Shown piece after piece: positions 1 to 8,699 of a stretch of 64,000 nucleotides of DNA (position 1 is its first letter; each line of letters begins with the position of its first letter). Source of the DNA: an uncultured delta proteobacterium. GTDB taxonomy: Bacteria > Desulfobacterota > RBG-13-43-22. The stretch spans positions 416,001 through 480,000 of the forward strand of contig CAWDKY010000015.1 of NCBI GenBank assembly GCA_963802945.1, in the 5' to 3' direction. Below the pieces are notes generated by a model. It saw nothing but the letters and a program-made list of their open reading frames with translations. It searched no databases and was not told the origin of the DNA. The translations under genes and the position numbers were made by a program.

Positions 1-23
1 ACCTCATACTATTTATATGCCTT

Positions 24-52
24 AATATGCATCATTTGTGCATATTTGTCAA
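24..52 (-). promoter_or_regulatory. sigma70-like promoter overlapped by a palindromic operator, for a gene starting left of the window
   Basis: Minus strand TTGACA (52-47), 17 nt, CATATT (29-24); inverted repeat AATATGCA-N7-TGCATATT at 24-46. Confidence 0.5.
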
Positions 53-323
53 GCTATTCTCAGAAAGTTATTTCAGCTTTTTCCTGAAATCCTCCAAACC
101 CAGGAAGTCGATAATTACATCCACTATCTTTAGGGCATAAATTTGGGGGGGCGAGATGATTTTTACACGCAAATACGACGTATAGTGCTACTAAATGCAA
201 AACTGTTTGCATTTGGTTTAACCCTTTTCAAGGCGATTTTATGATTCGGTGGGGAAAAACACAGACAAATAAAAATGGAGATTTTTTTAGACAGGAAATA
301 GGGGACAATAAAGTTAGGAATGT

Positions 324-569
324 TCAATCGGGCAATTCGTCCAGAGTCACAAATCTCCCTTGTCTGATTTCTTCCCTGGCTTTTGAAATTCTTTTGAGAA
401 ATTTTTCATCATGCTCCATTTTATAGTCGAACCAATCGTCCTCGTTTTGAAATCCGATCACTACGGCCGCCGGTTTCCCGTGACGTGTAATGAGGACCTC
501 TTCTCCCTCGGCTTCACGAATAATGCTGCAAATATCGTTTTTGGCTTCGCTCATCGTATGTCTTTTCAT
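324..569 (-). CDS. Phd/YefM family antitoxin
   Basis: N-terminal SEAKNDICSIIREAEGEEVLITRHGKPAAVVI matches the Phd/YefM pattern; ATGA overlap with the toxin. Confidence 0.88.
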   Translation of the reverse strand: MKRHTMSEAKNDICSIIREAEGEEVLITRHGKPAAVVIGFQNEDDWFDYKMEHDEKFLKRISKAREEIRQGRFVTLDELPD

Positions 570-865
570 TCTTGCACTCCATGTTTATGCGGCCATTTTG
601 CAGTTTCAGGCTTCAATGCAAAATCCAACACTTCAACCCGGCCTTTTTCATCGTTCACATCATAGAACACCCGCATTTGGTCCACTCGCAGGCGATATTG
701 CGGTTGGCGTAACCCTCTAAGCCTTTTGATTCGACTCTTGCTTACTTTTTTAGGCGCCGTTTGAAGATGGGTTCGCATGGCTGCTTTTAAGGAGGAATGC
801 CACTGGGCATTCAATTTCTTAAACTCCTCCTTGGCACTTTCCGCAATAACGATCTGATATTTCAT
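566..865 (-). CDS. RelE/ParE family toxin
   Basis: 99 aa, YQIVIAESAKEEFKKL...QYRLRVDQMRVFYDV RelE-like motifs. Confidence 0.85.
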   Translation of the reverse strand: MKYQIVIAESAKEEFKKLNAQWHSSLKAAMRTHLQTAPKKVSKSRIKRLRGLRQPQYRLRVDQMRVFYDVNDEKGRVEVLDFALKPETAKWPHKHGVQE

Positions 866-874
866 TCTGGGAAG

Positions 875-903
875 AATATAGCCAGATTTGTTCGGACTGT
901 CAA
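875..903 (-). promoter_or_regulatory. sigma70 promoter of the TA operon, nearly leaderless transcript
   Basis: TTGACA (903-898), 17 nt, TATATT (880-875); toxin ATG at 865 with no Shine-Dalgarno sequence. Confidence 0.6.
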
Positions 904-1028
904 TCTTAACTTAAACAAAGGATACCTACTGAAAGACCGCCTATCGATAATAAAGGGAGTTATAGATACTGGCTAATTTGCAAAGAAATATTTTGGGAAC
1001 ATAGGAGGCATTCTCCTATTATCTTCAA

Positions 1029-1259
1029 TTAGGTGGACTGACTCCGAAGGAGATAAGTTTTTGACACGATGTTTGCGGTTTGGGTGGCCTCATCATAAAC
1101 AATAAAAGCATCTCCTTTTTTCAATTGCCTCTTGACCATCTCCACGTTTTCTTCAAGCGATTTCTTGGTATAACCGGAATCAGTGCCCTCTCGGGTGACA
1201 AATTCCTCGATAAGCCCGTCCAAGGCTTTCCGGCTAAGTTTTTCGTAGGGGATAATCAT
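1029..1259 (-). CDS. YheU/UPF0270 family protein
   Basis: MIIPYEKLSRKALDGLIEEFVTREGTD is a typical YheU start. Confidence 0.85.
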   Translation of the reverse strand: MIIPYEKLSRKALDGLIEEFVTREGTDSGYTKKSLEENVEMVKRQLKKGDAFIVYDEATQTANIVSKTYLLRSQST

Positions 1260-1377
1260 TGATCGTTACTAACTCTCGACCTTCACTTTAATCGGAACGG
1301 CTTTCGGAAAGTTCAGCAGAATAGGGTCAATGCATTCAAAATGATTTTGTCTTGATTGCCAGTACCTTTAATAGGTG

Positions 1378-2355
1378 TTATGGGATCGACAACGGAGTTT
1401 CCTCAGGTGTTAGTTTGACTAACTCAATGCTCGTCTTCCACAAATCCAGCGCCTTTGGCCGATCATACGACTCTTCAGAAGATGGTATCTCCATCATACC
1501 GGAAAAATACTTACCTGAAACTCCTTCGACCTCCGGGTCAAGCACAAGCCTGGCCAGGGCTTTGCCGGACTCGCTAACCCGGTTCATTGAAAAGAAAGCC
1601 CTGGCTATCGGCAGAATCGCGGGCAATATGAAGTTCCACCCAAAGCGTAAGATGGGATTGACATCCCGCACCAGGCCGGTCCCGGGCATCATGCCTGGAT
1701 TGAAGGCATTTACGGTTATGGGGTTTTGCCCAGTGCTTAAGCCCTCTTCCTGCAGACGACGTGACAGCTCATAAGTAAAGTAGATATTGCAAAGCTTTGA
1801 GGTCGTATAGCGTCGTCGTCCGGCCTTGCCGGAGCCCTCGCTGCTTGAGGTCTTTTCTGGCCGGGCAAGAGAAGCGGCTGAGTCATAATGCGGCTCAGGC
1901 ACGCCGGTCTTTTGAAGAGGGTCATGGGTATCGCTGCTTACGACTACGATCCTCGCCGGGGCAACGAGAAGTTTTAGAAGTAAATGGGTAAGCAGAAAAT
2001 GTCCAAGATGATTAACGCCAAAAGTTGTCTCAAACCCATCTTGGGTATAGGTCATACCAGATGCTATCTGAATCCCGGCGTTGCATACTATGGCCCGCAA
2101 CGGCGGCAAATCGCGAACTGTGAAGTCTTTTACGAAGTTACGAACCGATTCTAAGGAAGCCAAGTCGAGGGGTATCGCCTCTATCTTGGCATTGGGTGAC
2201 TGAGCCGTCAGCCTGCCAATCGCCTCTGAACCCTTTTGCCGGTTCCGACAGGCAATGATAATATGCCAACCTTTTTGAGAACCAGCCAGTTCTTTCACGC
2301 ACTCATAGCCAAGCCCCGAGTTGCCTCCGGTGACAATCACTGTTTTGTCAAACAC
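1378..2355 (-). CDS. SDR family NAD(P)-dependent oxidoreductase (protochlorophyllide/retinol reductase-like)
   Basis: TGGNSGLG, CNAG, NHLGHF and YTTSK motifs. Confidence 0.88.
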   Translation of the reverse strand: MFDKTVIVTGGNSGLGYECVKELAGSQKGWHIIIACRNRQKGSEAIGRLTAQSPNAKIEAIPLDLASLESVRNFVKDFTVRDLPPLRAIVCNAGIQIASGMTYTQDGFETTFGVNHLGHFLLTHLLLKLLVAPARIVVVSSDTHDPLQKTGVPEPHYDSAASLARPEKTSSSEGSGKAGRRRYTTSKLCNIYFTYELSRRLQEEGLSTGQNPITVNAFNPGMMPGTGLVRDVNPILRFGWNFILPAILPIARAFFSMNRVSESGKALARLVLDPEVEGVSGKYFSGMMEIPSSEESYDRPKALDLWKTSIELVKLTPEETPLSIP

Positions 2356-2513
2356 GTTGTATCTCCAATTCCCTCACTCGAATCGACTGTATTTGGGGAC
2401 GCTGTTAACTTATTAACTTTTATCAAACCGAACCCTTCATACTATTGCCCCAAAACTACTTTTGTTCCATTGGAACTTAATAACTTAACAGCGTCGCCTT
2501 TTATTTTCGAGCT

Positions 2514-2592
2514 GTCTTTCCGGCGAAAGCCGGAATCCAGAAACCTTCTACAGCCTGAGAAACCCCTGGACCCCGGCTTTCGCCGGGGTGAC
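2514..2592. repeat. REP-like palindromic doublet, copy 1
   Basis: GTCTTTCCGGCGAAAGCCGGAATCCAG ... CTGGACCCCGGCTTTCGCCGGGGTGAC; related units at 23427 and 55450. Confidence 0.75.
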
Positions 2593-2628
2593 GACTGGGA
2601 GGGCTTTGGATTTTTGGATGTAAGCCCA

Positions 2629-2687
2629 AGCCCCTTTGAGTGGCTAATAATATTCAAGCCTCCGGCTCTACCGGAGGTCTAGTGACT
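2629..2687 (+). mobile_element. possible IS200/IS605-type end remnant (hairpin only, no transposase)
   Basis: AGCCCCTTTGAGTGGCT...CCTCCGGCTCTACCGGAGG...TGACT resembles IS200-family subterminal hairpins. Confidence 0.4.
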
Positions 2688-2703
2688 AAACCAGTCCCAT
2701 TTA

Positions 2704-4599
2704 TCATTCAGTCGTTTTTATCTCTTTTCCTTCAGCTTTCGATACGTTTTGGGAAATCATTTGCGACAACCAGGCATTGAACAGGTTTCCGCTCGCAGAG
2801 GCATCTCCACCCCCAACCAGAACCTGGGGCACAATCTGAATCTTACCAGTTGCGATCTCCTGAATGAGTTTGATGATCGCTACATTCTGCTGACCAATGG
2901 CCTCCTTCTGGGCATTGTAGGCAGCGGCAATACCGTCGCCCTCGATCTTACTTTTGTAAGAATTGCCGTCAGCCACCAGTATGGTAGATTCTTTAGTCCC
3001 CTGAGCTTGGAGAATCACGGAGCGCCTAATACCGTCGGCTTCCTTAACTCTGGCTTCAGCCCTGTCATTATTGATGTCTATGGATAATTTGGCATCAATA
3101 ACATCTTTCTGTTTATCCGCCCGGGACGATTTTTCCATGACCGCAATGCGTTTTTCCTGAGCCAGGGCCTCCTGGTCATACTGGGCCTGCTGCTGATTGG
3201 CAATCTCCTTCTTGGTTTGAGTATCCAGCAAATCCTTAGGTATATCGATATAAGCGATGAGTAAGTTTTGGGCCTCTACGTTGTACTCGGAAAATCTTTC
3301 TTTGGCGTGTGCCAGGGCTTCGGTTTGTAAGTCCGTCCGGCTTTGGAAAAAGTCAATCGCTTTCTTCTCGCCGGCCTTATTCCTGAAAGAGGAATCGATC
3401 AGCGGATGAACGATTTGATCAATCAGATTGGCCACTGATCCGAATCTGGCTATGATGTAGGCCGCATTGCCCGGTTGAATTCGGATCACCATTCGGACAT
3501 TGACTTCCAGTTGAAAGCCGTCTTTAGAGGTTACCTTTAAGGGATCAAAACTATACAGGACCGCCGCAGCTTTGGTCTCCGGTGATTTAACTCCCTTGAC
3601 CTCTGTCCCGATTCTTCCTTCGGTTGCCCAATCGATGGTAACGGCGGAAGTAGGCACTTGATAGGCGGTAAAAGCAATCGCATTCAGGTTGTATTTCCCA
3701 GGTGCTATCGGCTCTCTCCAAATGCCGCGAGTGTATTTATCGGTTATCAGTATTTTCTCAACATCTTCATGGATCGGACCACCGAGTTTTCCTTCTTTGG
3801 TAGTTCGCTCGGGCCCTTCGGGTGCCCTCTCCAACTCCAACCCCACGTTGGACCTGATGACGGCCACATATCCCGGAAGGACCTCGGCCACATCTTCAAC
3901 TTTGATATCAAACAAGTTCGGATTGATGTAATATATTCCCGGCTGCAAGGTATCCAACTGCGGCCCCCGGTATCCTTGGCTGTCGATAAAGAGCTGCCCA
4001 TTTTGATAAGCTTTATGGTCTGCTTCAGTACTGTCGTTTTTTAGAGCCTTCGGGGCGATGACATAGCCGGTCGGTAAGGGAATACCGTCTTTGGCCACGG
4101 CGATACCAATGGTATTCTCAGCTATTTTTATTGCCGGAGCCTTGGTAATATTGAACAGTCTGGTATTGATCCGGTAGGTACCTGGACGCAGGATTCCAAC
4201 CTGCGGTCCTTTCTTTCCATGGTTGGCTAAGAACATCTCCGCATCTTGAAATTGATTACACTCGACTTCATCGGCCAACACTCTGCCTTTAGGGAGTGGT
4301 TCGCCGTCAATAGATTCGACGATACCGACAGTAGCATTCTCTACCGTCACTACCGGAACTTTGGTAAATGAAAAGATGATTGGGAGCCTCCAATAGAGCC
4401 CCGGCATCAAGGTCCTGGCCCGAACCCCTATTTCCCCGTGACGGGCGATTATTTGTCCTGCAGGCATTTTTTTGCCGAACATGTTTTTAGTAAGGATGCC
4501 GACTTGATTGGCCCCGATCAAACAAAAACCTTTAAGGATAAGTATCAGAACAATAAAAGCAACCACATATAAGACGAACCATCCAAACATTCCTATCAT
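2704..4599 (-). CDS. SPFH/band 7 (flotillin-like) membrane protein
   Basis: N-terminal TM helix, repeated L-PG-Y-IN motifs, SKDGF in the SPFH domain, C-terminal coiled coil. Confidence 0.88.
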   Translation of the reverse strand: MIGMFGWFVLYVVAFIVLILILKGFCLIGANQVGILTKNMFGKKMPAGQIIARHGEIGVRARTLMPGLYWRLPIIFSFTKVPVVTVENATVGIVESIDGEPLPKGRVLADEVECNQFQDAEMFLANHGKKGPQVGILRPGTYRINTRLFNITKAPAIKIAENTIGIAVAKDGIPLPTGYVIAPKALKNDSTEADHKAYQNGQLFIDSQGYRGPQLDTLQPGIYYINPNLFDIKVEDVAEVLPGYVAVIRSNVGLELERAPEGPERTTKEGKLGGPIHEDVEKILITDKYTRGIWREPIAPGKYNLNAIAFTAYQVPTSAVTIDWATEGRIGTEVKGVKSPETKAAAVLYSFDPLKVTSKDGFQLEVNVRMVIRIQPGNAAYIIARFGSVANLIDQIVHPLIDSSFRNKAGEKKAIDFFQSRTDLQTEALAHAKERFSEYNVEAQNLLIAYIDIPKDLLDTQTKKEIANQQQAQYDQEALAQEKRIAVMEKSSRADKQKDVIDAKLSIDINNDRAEARVKEADGIRRSVILQAQGTKESTILVADGNSYKSKIEGDGIAAAYNAQKEAIGQQNVAIIKLIQEIATGKIQIVPQVLVGGGDASASGNLFNAWLSQMISQNVSKAEGKEIKTTE

Positions 4600-5095
4600 T
4601 GTTTTGTTTCTCCTTTTTATTTATTCTCCATACCCTTTTCGGGCATAGAGTATTTGTCCCCGCGAGATTGAAAGCCTAACAAGTTATTCTAAAGTTTTCC
4701 GTATATCTCCTCAACCCTGGAGATTCCTCCATGTCGATATAAAGGCTTATGACCTAAAGTAAAGGGTGCTTTATCGGGTGGATCTTTTGAGATATGGATA
4801 TAAGCCATGAATCTCCTCAAGATCTTAAAGATAAGGTGTTTGTATAAATAAGACCGAAGGAAATTATATAACTTAACTGGCTAATTTGCAAAGAAGTTAT
4901 TTTGTAAGCGGCAAGGACGCAGTTCGAGTTCGGAGAAGGAGGAGAAAGTCTAAGGCTATCAAACTTTGCTTGACAGGTCGAGCTATTTCTCATATTTTTA
5001 AAGTGAGGAAAAAAGAAGGTCAGGGTTTAAGAGGATTTTTCAGTACGGTCGATTTAAAAGAACGAACAATAGAAGAACAATAGAAGGAGGGGAAT

Positions 5096-5596
5096 ATGGC
5101 GATTAAAAAATTTCCAATTGAAGCCGGCCACATTATGATGTTTGCCAGGGCTATCGGCGATCCCAATCCCATTTATTACGACGAAGATTATGCCAAAACT
5201 ACGGAACCGGGCGGTGTCATAGCCTCGCCAACCTTTATTCAGGCCGCTGCGCAATTCGACCCAGACTATCGTCTGCGCCCCAAGATCGGCCAGCCCTGGT
5301 TTGGGTCGGGCAAAGAGCCGACAGGGATAAAACCGGGATCAGACGATGAATCGGGCGGTGGAGGAAGAGGACTCCATGCGGAACAGCACTACGAATATCA
5401 CCGTCCTATCCGGCCGGGGGATATACTTACGACTACGGTAAAGCCCGGAAAAACATGGGAGAAGGAAGGACGTCGATCGGGAAAGCTGGTCTTTAATGAG
5501 ACGATTATCGAATTCCGCGATCAAAAGAGTGAACTGGTCGTTACGTCACGGGGTGTGGGTGTCCGAACAGAACGGGCGGTTGATCAAGCCAAGTGA
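5096..5596 (+). CDS. MaoC-like dehydratase N-terminal (hotdog) domain protein
   Basis: FARAIGDPNPIY and LHAEQHYEYHRPIRPGD motifs; RBS AGGAGG. Confidence 0.85.
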   Translation: MAIKKFPIEAGHIMMFARAIGDPNPIYYDEDYAKTTEPGGVIASPTFIQAAAQFDPDYRLRPKIGQPWFGSGKEPTGIKPGSDDESGGGGRGLHAEQHYEYHRPIRPGDILTTTVKPGKTWEKEGRRSGKLVFNETIIEFRDQKSELVVTSRGVGVRTERAVDQAK

Positions 5597-5607
5597 GGAG
5601 ATGATTT

Positions 5608-6030
5608 ATGGCTCTACAAGCAAGCAAACTTAAAGTTGGGGATACGTATACCGAACGTATTGTGGAAGACTTGAAACGCACACAAATAGTCCAGTATGCC
5701 GGGGCTTCGGGAGATTATAATCCGATTCATACCGACGAACTTTTTACGGTCAAGGTGGCCGGTTATCCTTCGGTATTTGCCCACGGTATGTTGACCATGG
5801 GCATGACAGGAAAGATGCTCACCAATTATGTGGGGGACGGACGGCTGACCCGATATGGAGCTCGTTTTACCAGCCAGGTTTGGCCGGGCGATGACCTGGA
5901 TGCCAAGGCCACCGTTGAAGCCATTCGGGAGGAAAACAAGCAATATTTTGTCGATCTGAAAATTGAGACGACCAATCAAAACGGTCTGGTCGTCTTAAGC
6001 GGCAGTGCCACGGCCCGGATCGATCCCTGA
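5608..6030 (+). CDS. MaoC family (R)-specific enoyl-CoA hydratase/dehydratase
   Basis: YAGASGDYNPIH and AHGM hydratase-2 motifs. Confidence 0.9.
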   Translation: MALQASKLKVGDTYTERIVEDLKRTQIVQYAGASGDYNPIHTDELFTVKVAGYPSVFAHGMLTMGMTGKMLTNYVGDGRLTRYGARFTSQVWPGDDLDAKATVEAIREENKQYFVDLKIETTNQNGLVVLSGSATARIDP

Positions 6031-6123
6031 CAATCGTACAAAGAACAAAGACAAAGAAGGGGACATCCTCCCCTTCTTTCACTTTTGCTTGTCCGCTGTT
6101 TGTGGGTTTCGGCAAAGCGAGGA

Positions 6124-6441
6124 CTATTTCTTCTGAAAGGCCTGAAGACGTCTTAAAATTAATTTATAAACCTCCTCCTTCTCCCTTTTCCCGATACCGA
6201 TAACTTCAATCACTTCCAGGTAATCCTTCAGGAGACGATAGACAATGCGGATTTTCTTCTTGGACGCATAAAGTTTGAAAAATCCTGTGAGGTCCAAGCC
6301 CATTTTGTTCCCGAGAGGTTTTCCAAGAAACGGGCTTTCCGAAAGGGCATCGATCTTTTTGGCTACTTCCTTTCGAACCGAACCGTCCAGCCGAGCAAAA
6401 TCCTTGGCAGCCTCAGGATGAAATTCAATTTTAAAGGCCAC
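6124..6441 (-). CDS. RelE/ParE family toxin
   Basis: FKIEFHPEAAKDFARLD...GKPLG...RIVY motifs. Confidence 0.85.
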   Translation of the reverse strand: MAFKIEFHPEAAKDFARLDGSVRKEVAKKIDALSESPFLGKPLGNKMGLDLTGFFKLYASKKKIRIVYRLLKDYLEVIEVIGIGKREKEEVYKLILRRLQAFQKK

Positions 6442-6712
6442 GTTTCCCCTTCACCTTTTCCCAAGGGATGTTGTGAGCCCGTTTATGATTTTTTAGTCTC
6501 CGATCGATCATCTCCGCAATCTCGAGATGTTCCAGAAGGCTTTCCGCCTCTTTCAGAAGTTCATACTCGGAGGGTGACATGATCACAGCGGCCAACGAGT
6601 TATTCCTCATAATAAAGAGGGGCTCCTCGTTTTCGGTCAATTCTCTTAATCTCCCGGTAAGTTCCTTTTGCAGCTTAGTGATGGGAACCATTCGCTCGGT
6701 CTCAACTTGCAT
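6431..6712 (-). CDS. Phd/YefM family antitoxin
   Basis: VPITKLQKE...EPLFIMRNNSLAAVIMSPSEYE; lies upstream of and overlaps the toxin. Confidence 0.85.
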   Translation of the reverse strand: MQVETERMVPITKLQKELTGRLRELTENEEPLFIMRNNSLAAVIMSPSEYELLKEAESLLEHLEIAEMIDRRLKNHKRAHNIPWEKVKGKRGL

Positions 6713-6741
6713 GATGGCGCTCCTTTAATAAAATATATAGA

Positions 6742-6769
6742 ATTATACATATAATAATATAAAAGTCAA
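6742..6769 (-). promoter_or_regulatory. sigma70 promoter of the second TA operon
   Basis: TTGACT, 16 nt, TATAAT on the minus strand. Confidence 0.55.
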
Positions 6770-6857
6770 ACGGAAAAATTGAGGGAATAGAAGGAGACGT
6801 TGTCCACTTTATTCATTTTTGGTTGTCATTGGCAGGGGACGCTGGAAATAAAGAAAA

Positions 6858-8351
6858 TTACCGATTGCTATGGCCGTGTTCCGCCTGGAATTCATGGTAT
6901 TGGATGAAACGGGCCATGGCCCTGGCAGCCGTTTCCAGATTAGGATAGGCCGGTATACCGGAGGTAACGAATTTCAAGCGTGTTTGAGCGGCTCTATCTG
7001 CGTTGTTCAAATCATTACCATACATGTCCATGGAAACAACCAGCGGTTTGTTAAAAGAATTGTTCTTAACGAAATCAATTAGGAAATCATTGACCTCTCG
7101 CAGACCAATGTTTTGGTCTCCATGAAGGTGTTCATCATCATCAAAGGCCTCAAGCCCGCCAACGATCCGATCGGCAATGGCCAGATCTATGGCCGGGTCG
7201 GCCATGGCTATTTCCATGACCTGGCGATAGAGCTGAGCATCTCTTTGTACCATCCAGAGGTCGAGGGGATTCCTGGTGCTGTTTCCTTCCAGGCGGATGA
7301 AAGCGTTGAGTTCTTCCCTGGTTTTTTCGGAAAGGGGAGGTATCTCCAAACCCTGGCGCCCGCAAATATCGGCAAAGGCCACCGAGTTACCGCCGCCGCC
7401 GGCCAGGAGGAGGGTTCGTCTTCCTTGGCACGGTTTCAGATACATGAAGGCCAGGACGACGTCGATGATCTCTTCCAGAGAGTTTACTCTGATCGCGCCG
7501 GTCTGTTTAAAAAAAGCATCCCAGATTAGGCCTTCACCGGCCATCGATCCGGTATGCGAGGCCACCGCCCTCGAACCGGACTCGGTCACGCCGGCCTTCC
7601 AGATGATGACCGGCTTGGTACGGTTAATGTCTTTAATAAGCCGGGTAACCCGATTGCCGTCCTTGATACCTTCAAGGTAAATAGAGATGATGTGGGTATC
7701 CGGGTCCTGATGAAGATAGTCGAGAAAATCCGCCACCTGGAGTCCGCAGGCGTTTCCAAAGCTTATTATTTTGCTGAAATAGACCCCAAGCGATTGGGCA
7801 TAGGCGGTAAGAATTTCTCCGTGACCACCGCTCTGGGAAAGGAAAGCAAGATGTCCCGTACCGTAAGGTTTTACTCCCCAACCCGCCAGTTTACTGGCCG
7901 GTACATATAAGCCCATACAGTTGGGTCCCACGACCCGCAGGTTACCGCGCTTTATGATCTGCGTAATCTGCTGTTCAAGTTTTTTGCCTTCTTCCTCTCC
8001 GGTTTCGCTGAATCCGGAGCTGAAGATATGCACGTTCTTTATCCCCACTGCGATACAGTCTTCCAGTATCTGCGGGACACGAGGCGCTGAGACGGCAATA
8101 ATGACCAGGTCTATCGGTTCAGGGACGGACTGCAAATTGGGATAGGCCTTGAAACCCAGGACTTCGGTTGCTTTAGGATTGATCGGAAAGATTTTTCCGG
8201 GAAACCCGATATTACGAAGCCGTAACAAAAAACTGGTTCCTCCCCATCCCTGGGGATTAGGTGAGGCGCCGACCATGGCCACTGATTTCGGATAGAACAT
8301 GTTATCCAGTTCGTGTTTTTCCGGCATAGTTGATGTTTCCTCAATATCCAT
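6858..8351 (-). CDS. acyl-CoA synthetase (NDP-forming) alpha-subunit-like CoA-binding protein
   Basis: PKSVAMVGAS, VVGPNCMG, SQSGG, SHTGS (phosphorylatable His). Confidence 0.88.
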   Translation of the reverse strand: MDIEETSTMPEKHELDNMFYPKSVAMVGASPNPQGWGGTSFLLRLRNIGFPGKIFPINPKATEVLGFKAYPNLQSVPEPIDLVIIAVSAPRVPQILEDCIAVGIKNVHIFSSGFSETGEEEGKKLEQQITQIIKRGNLRVVGPNCMGLYVPASKLAGWGVKPYGTGHLAFLSQSGGHGEILTAYAQSLGVYFSKIISFGNACGLQVADFLDYLHQDPDTHIISIYLEGIKDGNRVTRLIKDINRTKPVIIWKAGVTESGSRAVASHTGSMAGEGLIWDAFFKQTGAIRVNSLEEIIDVVLAFMYLKPCQGRRTLLLAGGGGNSVAFADICGRQGLEIPPLSEKTREELNAFIRLEGNSTRNPLDLWMVQRDAQLYRQVMEIAMADPAIDLAIADRIVGGLEAFDDDEHLHGDQNIGLREVNDFLIDFVKNNSFNKPLVVSMDMYGNDLNNADRAAQTRLKFVTSGIPAYPNLETAARAMARFIQYHEFQAEHGHSNR

Positions 8352-8400
8352 AATTAATTAACGCTCATTTCCCGTCTAGTGCGGAACACCATGAAGGATA

Positions 8401-8485
8401 AAAAAAGGATTCAAGGGGTCAAGGACCGCAGGGCGGAGTGAAAGGCGTGGAAGTAAAACCTCCTTAATCCTGGGATCCTATTTTC
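8401..8485. repeat. dispersed intergenic repeat family (GGATTCAAGGGGTCAAGG type), copy 1
   Basis: Similar to 48549-48672; core TCAAGGACCGCAGGGCGGAGTGAAAGGC occurs reverse-complemented at 57377-57404. Confidence 0.75.
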
Positions 8486-8570
8486 AAACAAAGCGTTCAT
8501 GCCCTGTCTTGTACTGAAAACAACGAAGCATTAAAATAAATACTTAGAATCTAGTGGTTAAGAGTTTTTA

Positions 8571-8605
8571 TTCTGACTTCTGACTCCTGGATTCTGGATT
8601 CCTGA
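8571..8605. repeat. degenerate heptamer tandem repeat
   Basis: TTCTGAC TTCTGAC TCCTGGA TTCTGGA TTCCTGA. Confidence 0.6.
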
Positions 8606-8699
8606 TTTTTATTTTCGAAATAAACCCCCATCCCCTTTTTTATTTCCCTGTCTATTTGACAAGGTCTATTCTTTGACTTTCACTTCAATCAGTACACCT

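Noticed and set aside
968-987. TGGC...TTGC as a sigma54 promoter
   Set aside because: GG-to-GC spacing is 7 nt instead of the required 10
2236-2682. ORFs 2236-2682 and 2442-2657
   Set aside because: They translate the REP-like repeat (LDPGFRRGD/LDSGFRR) and lack an RBS or other coding signal
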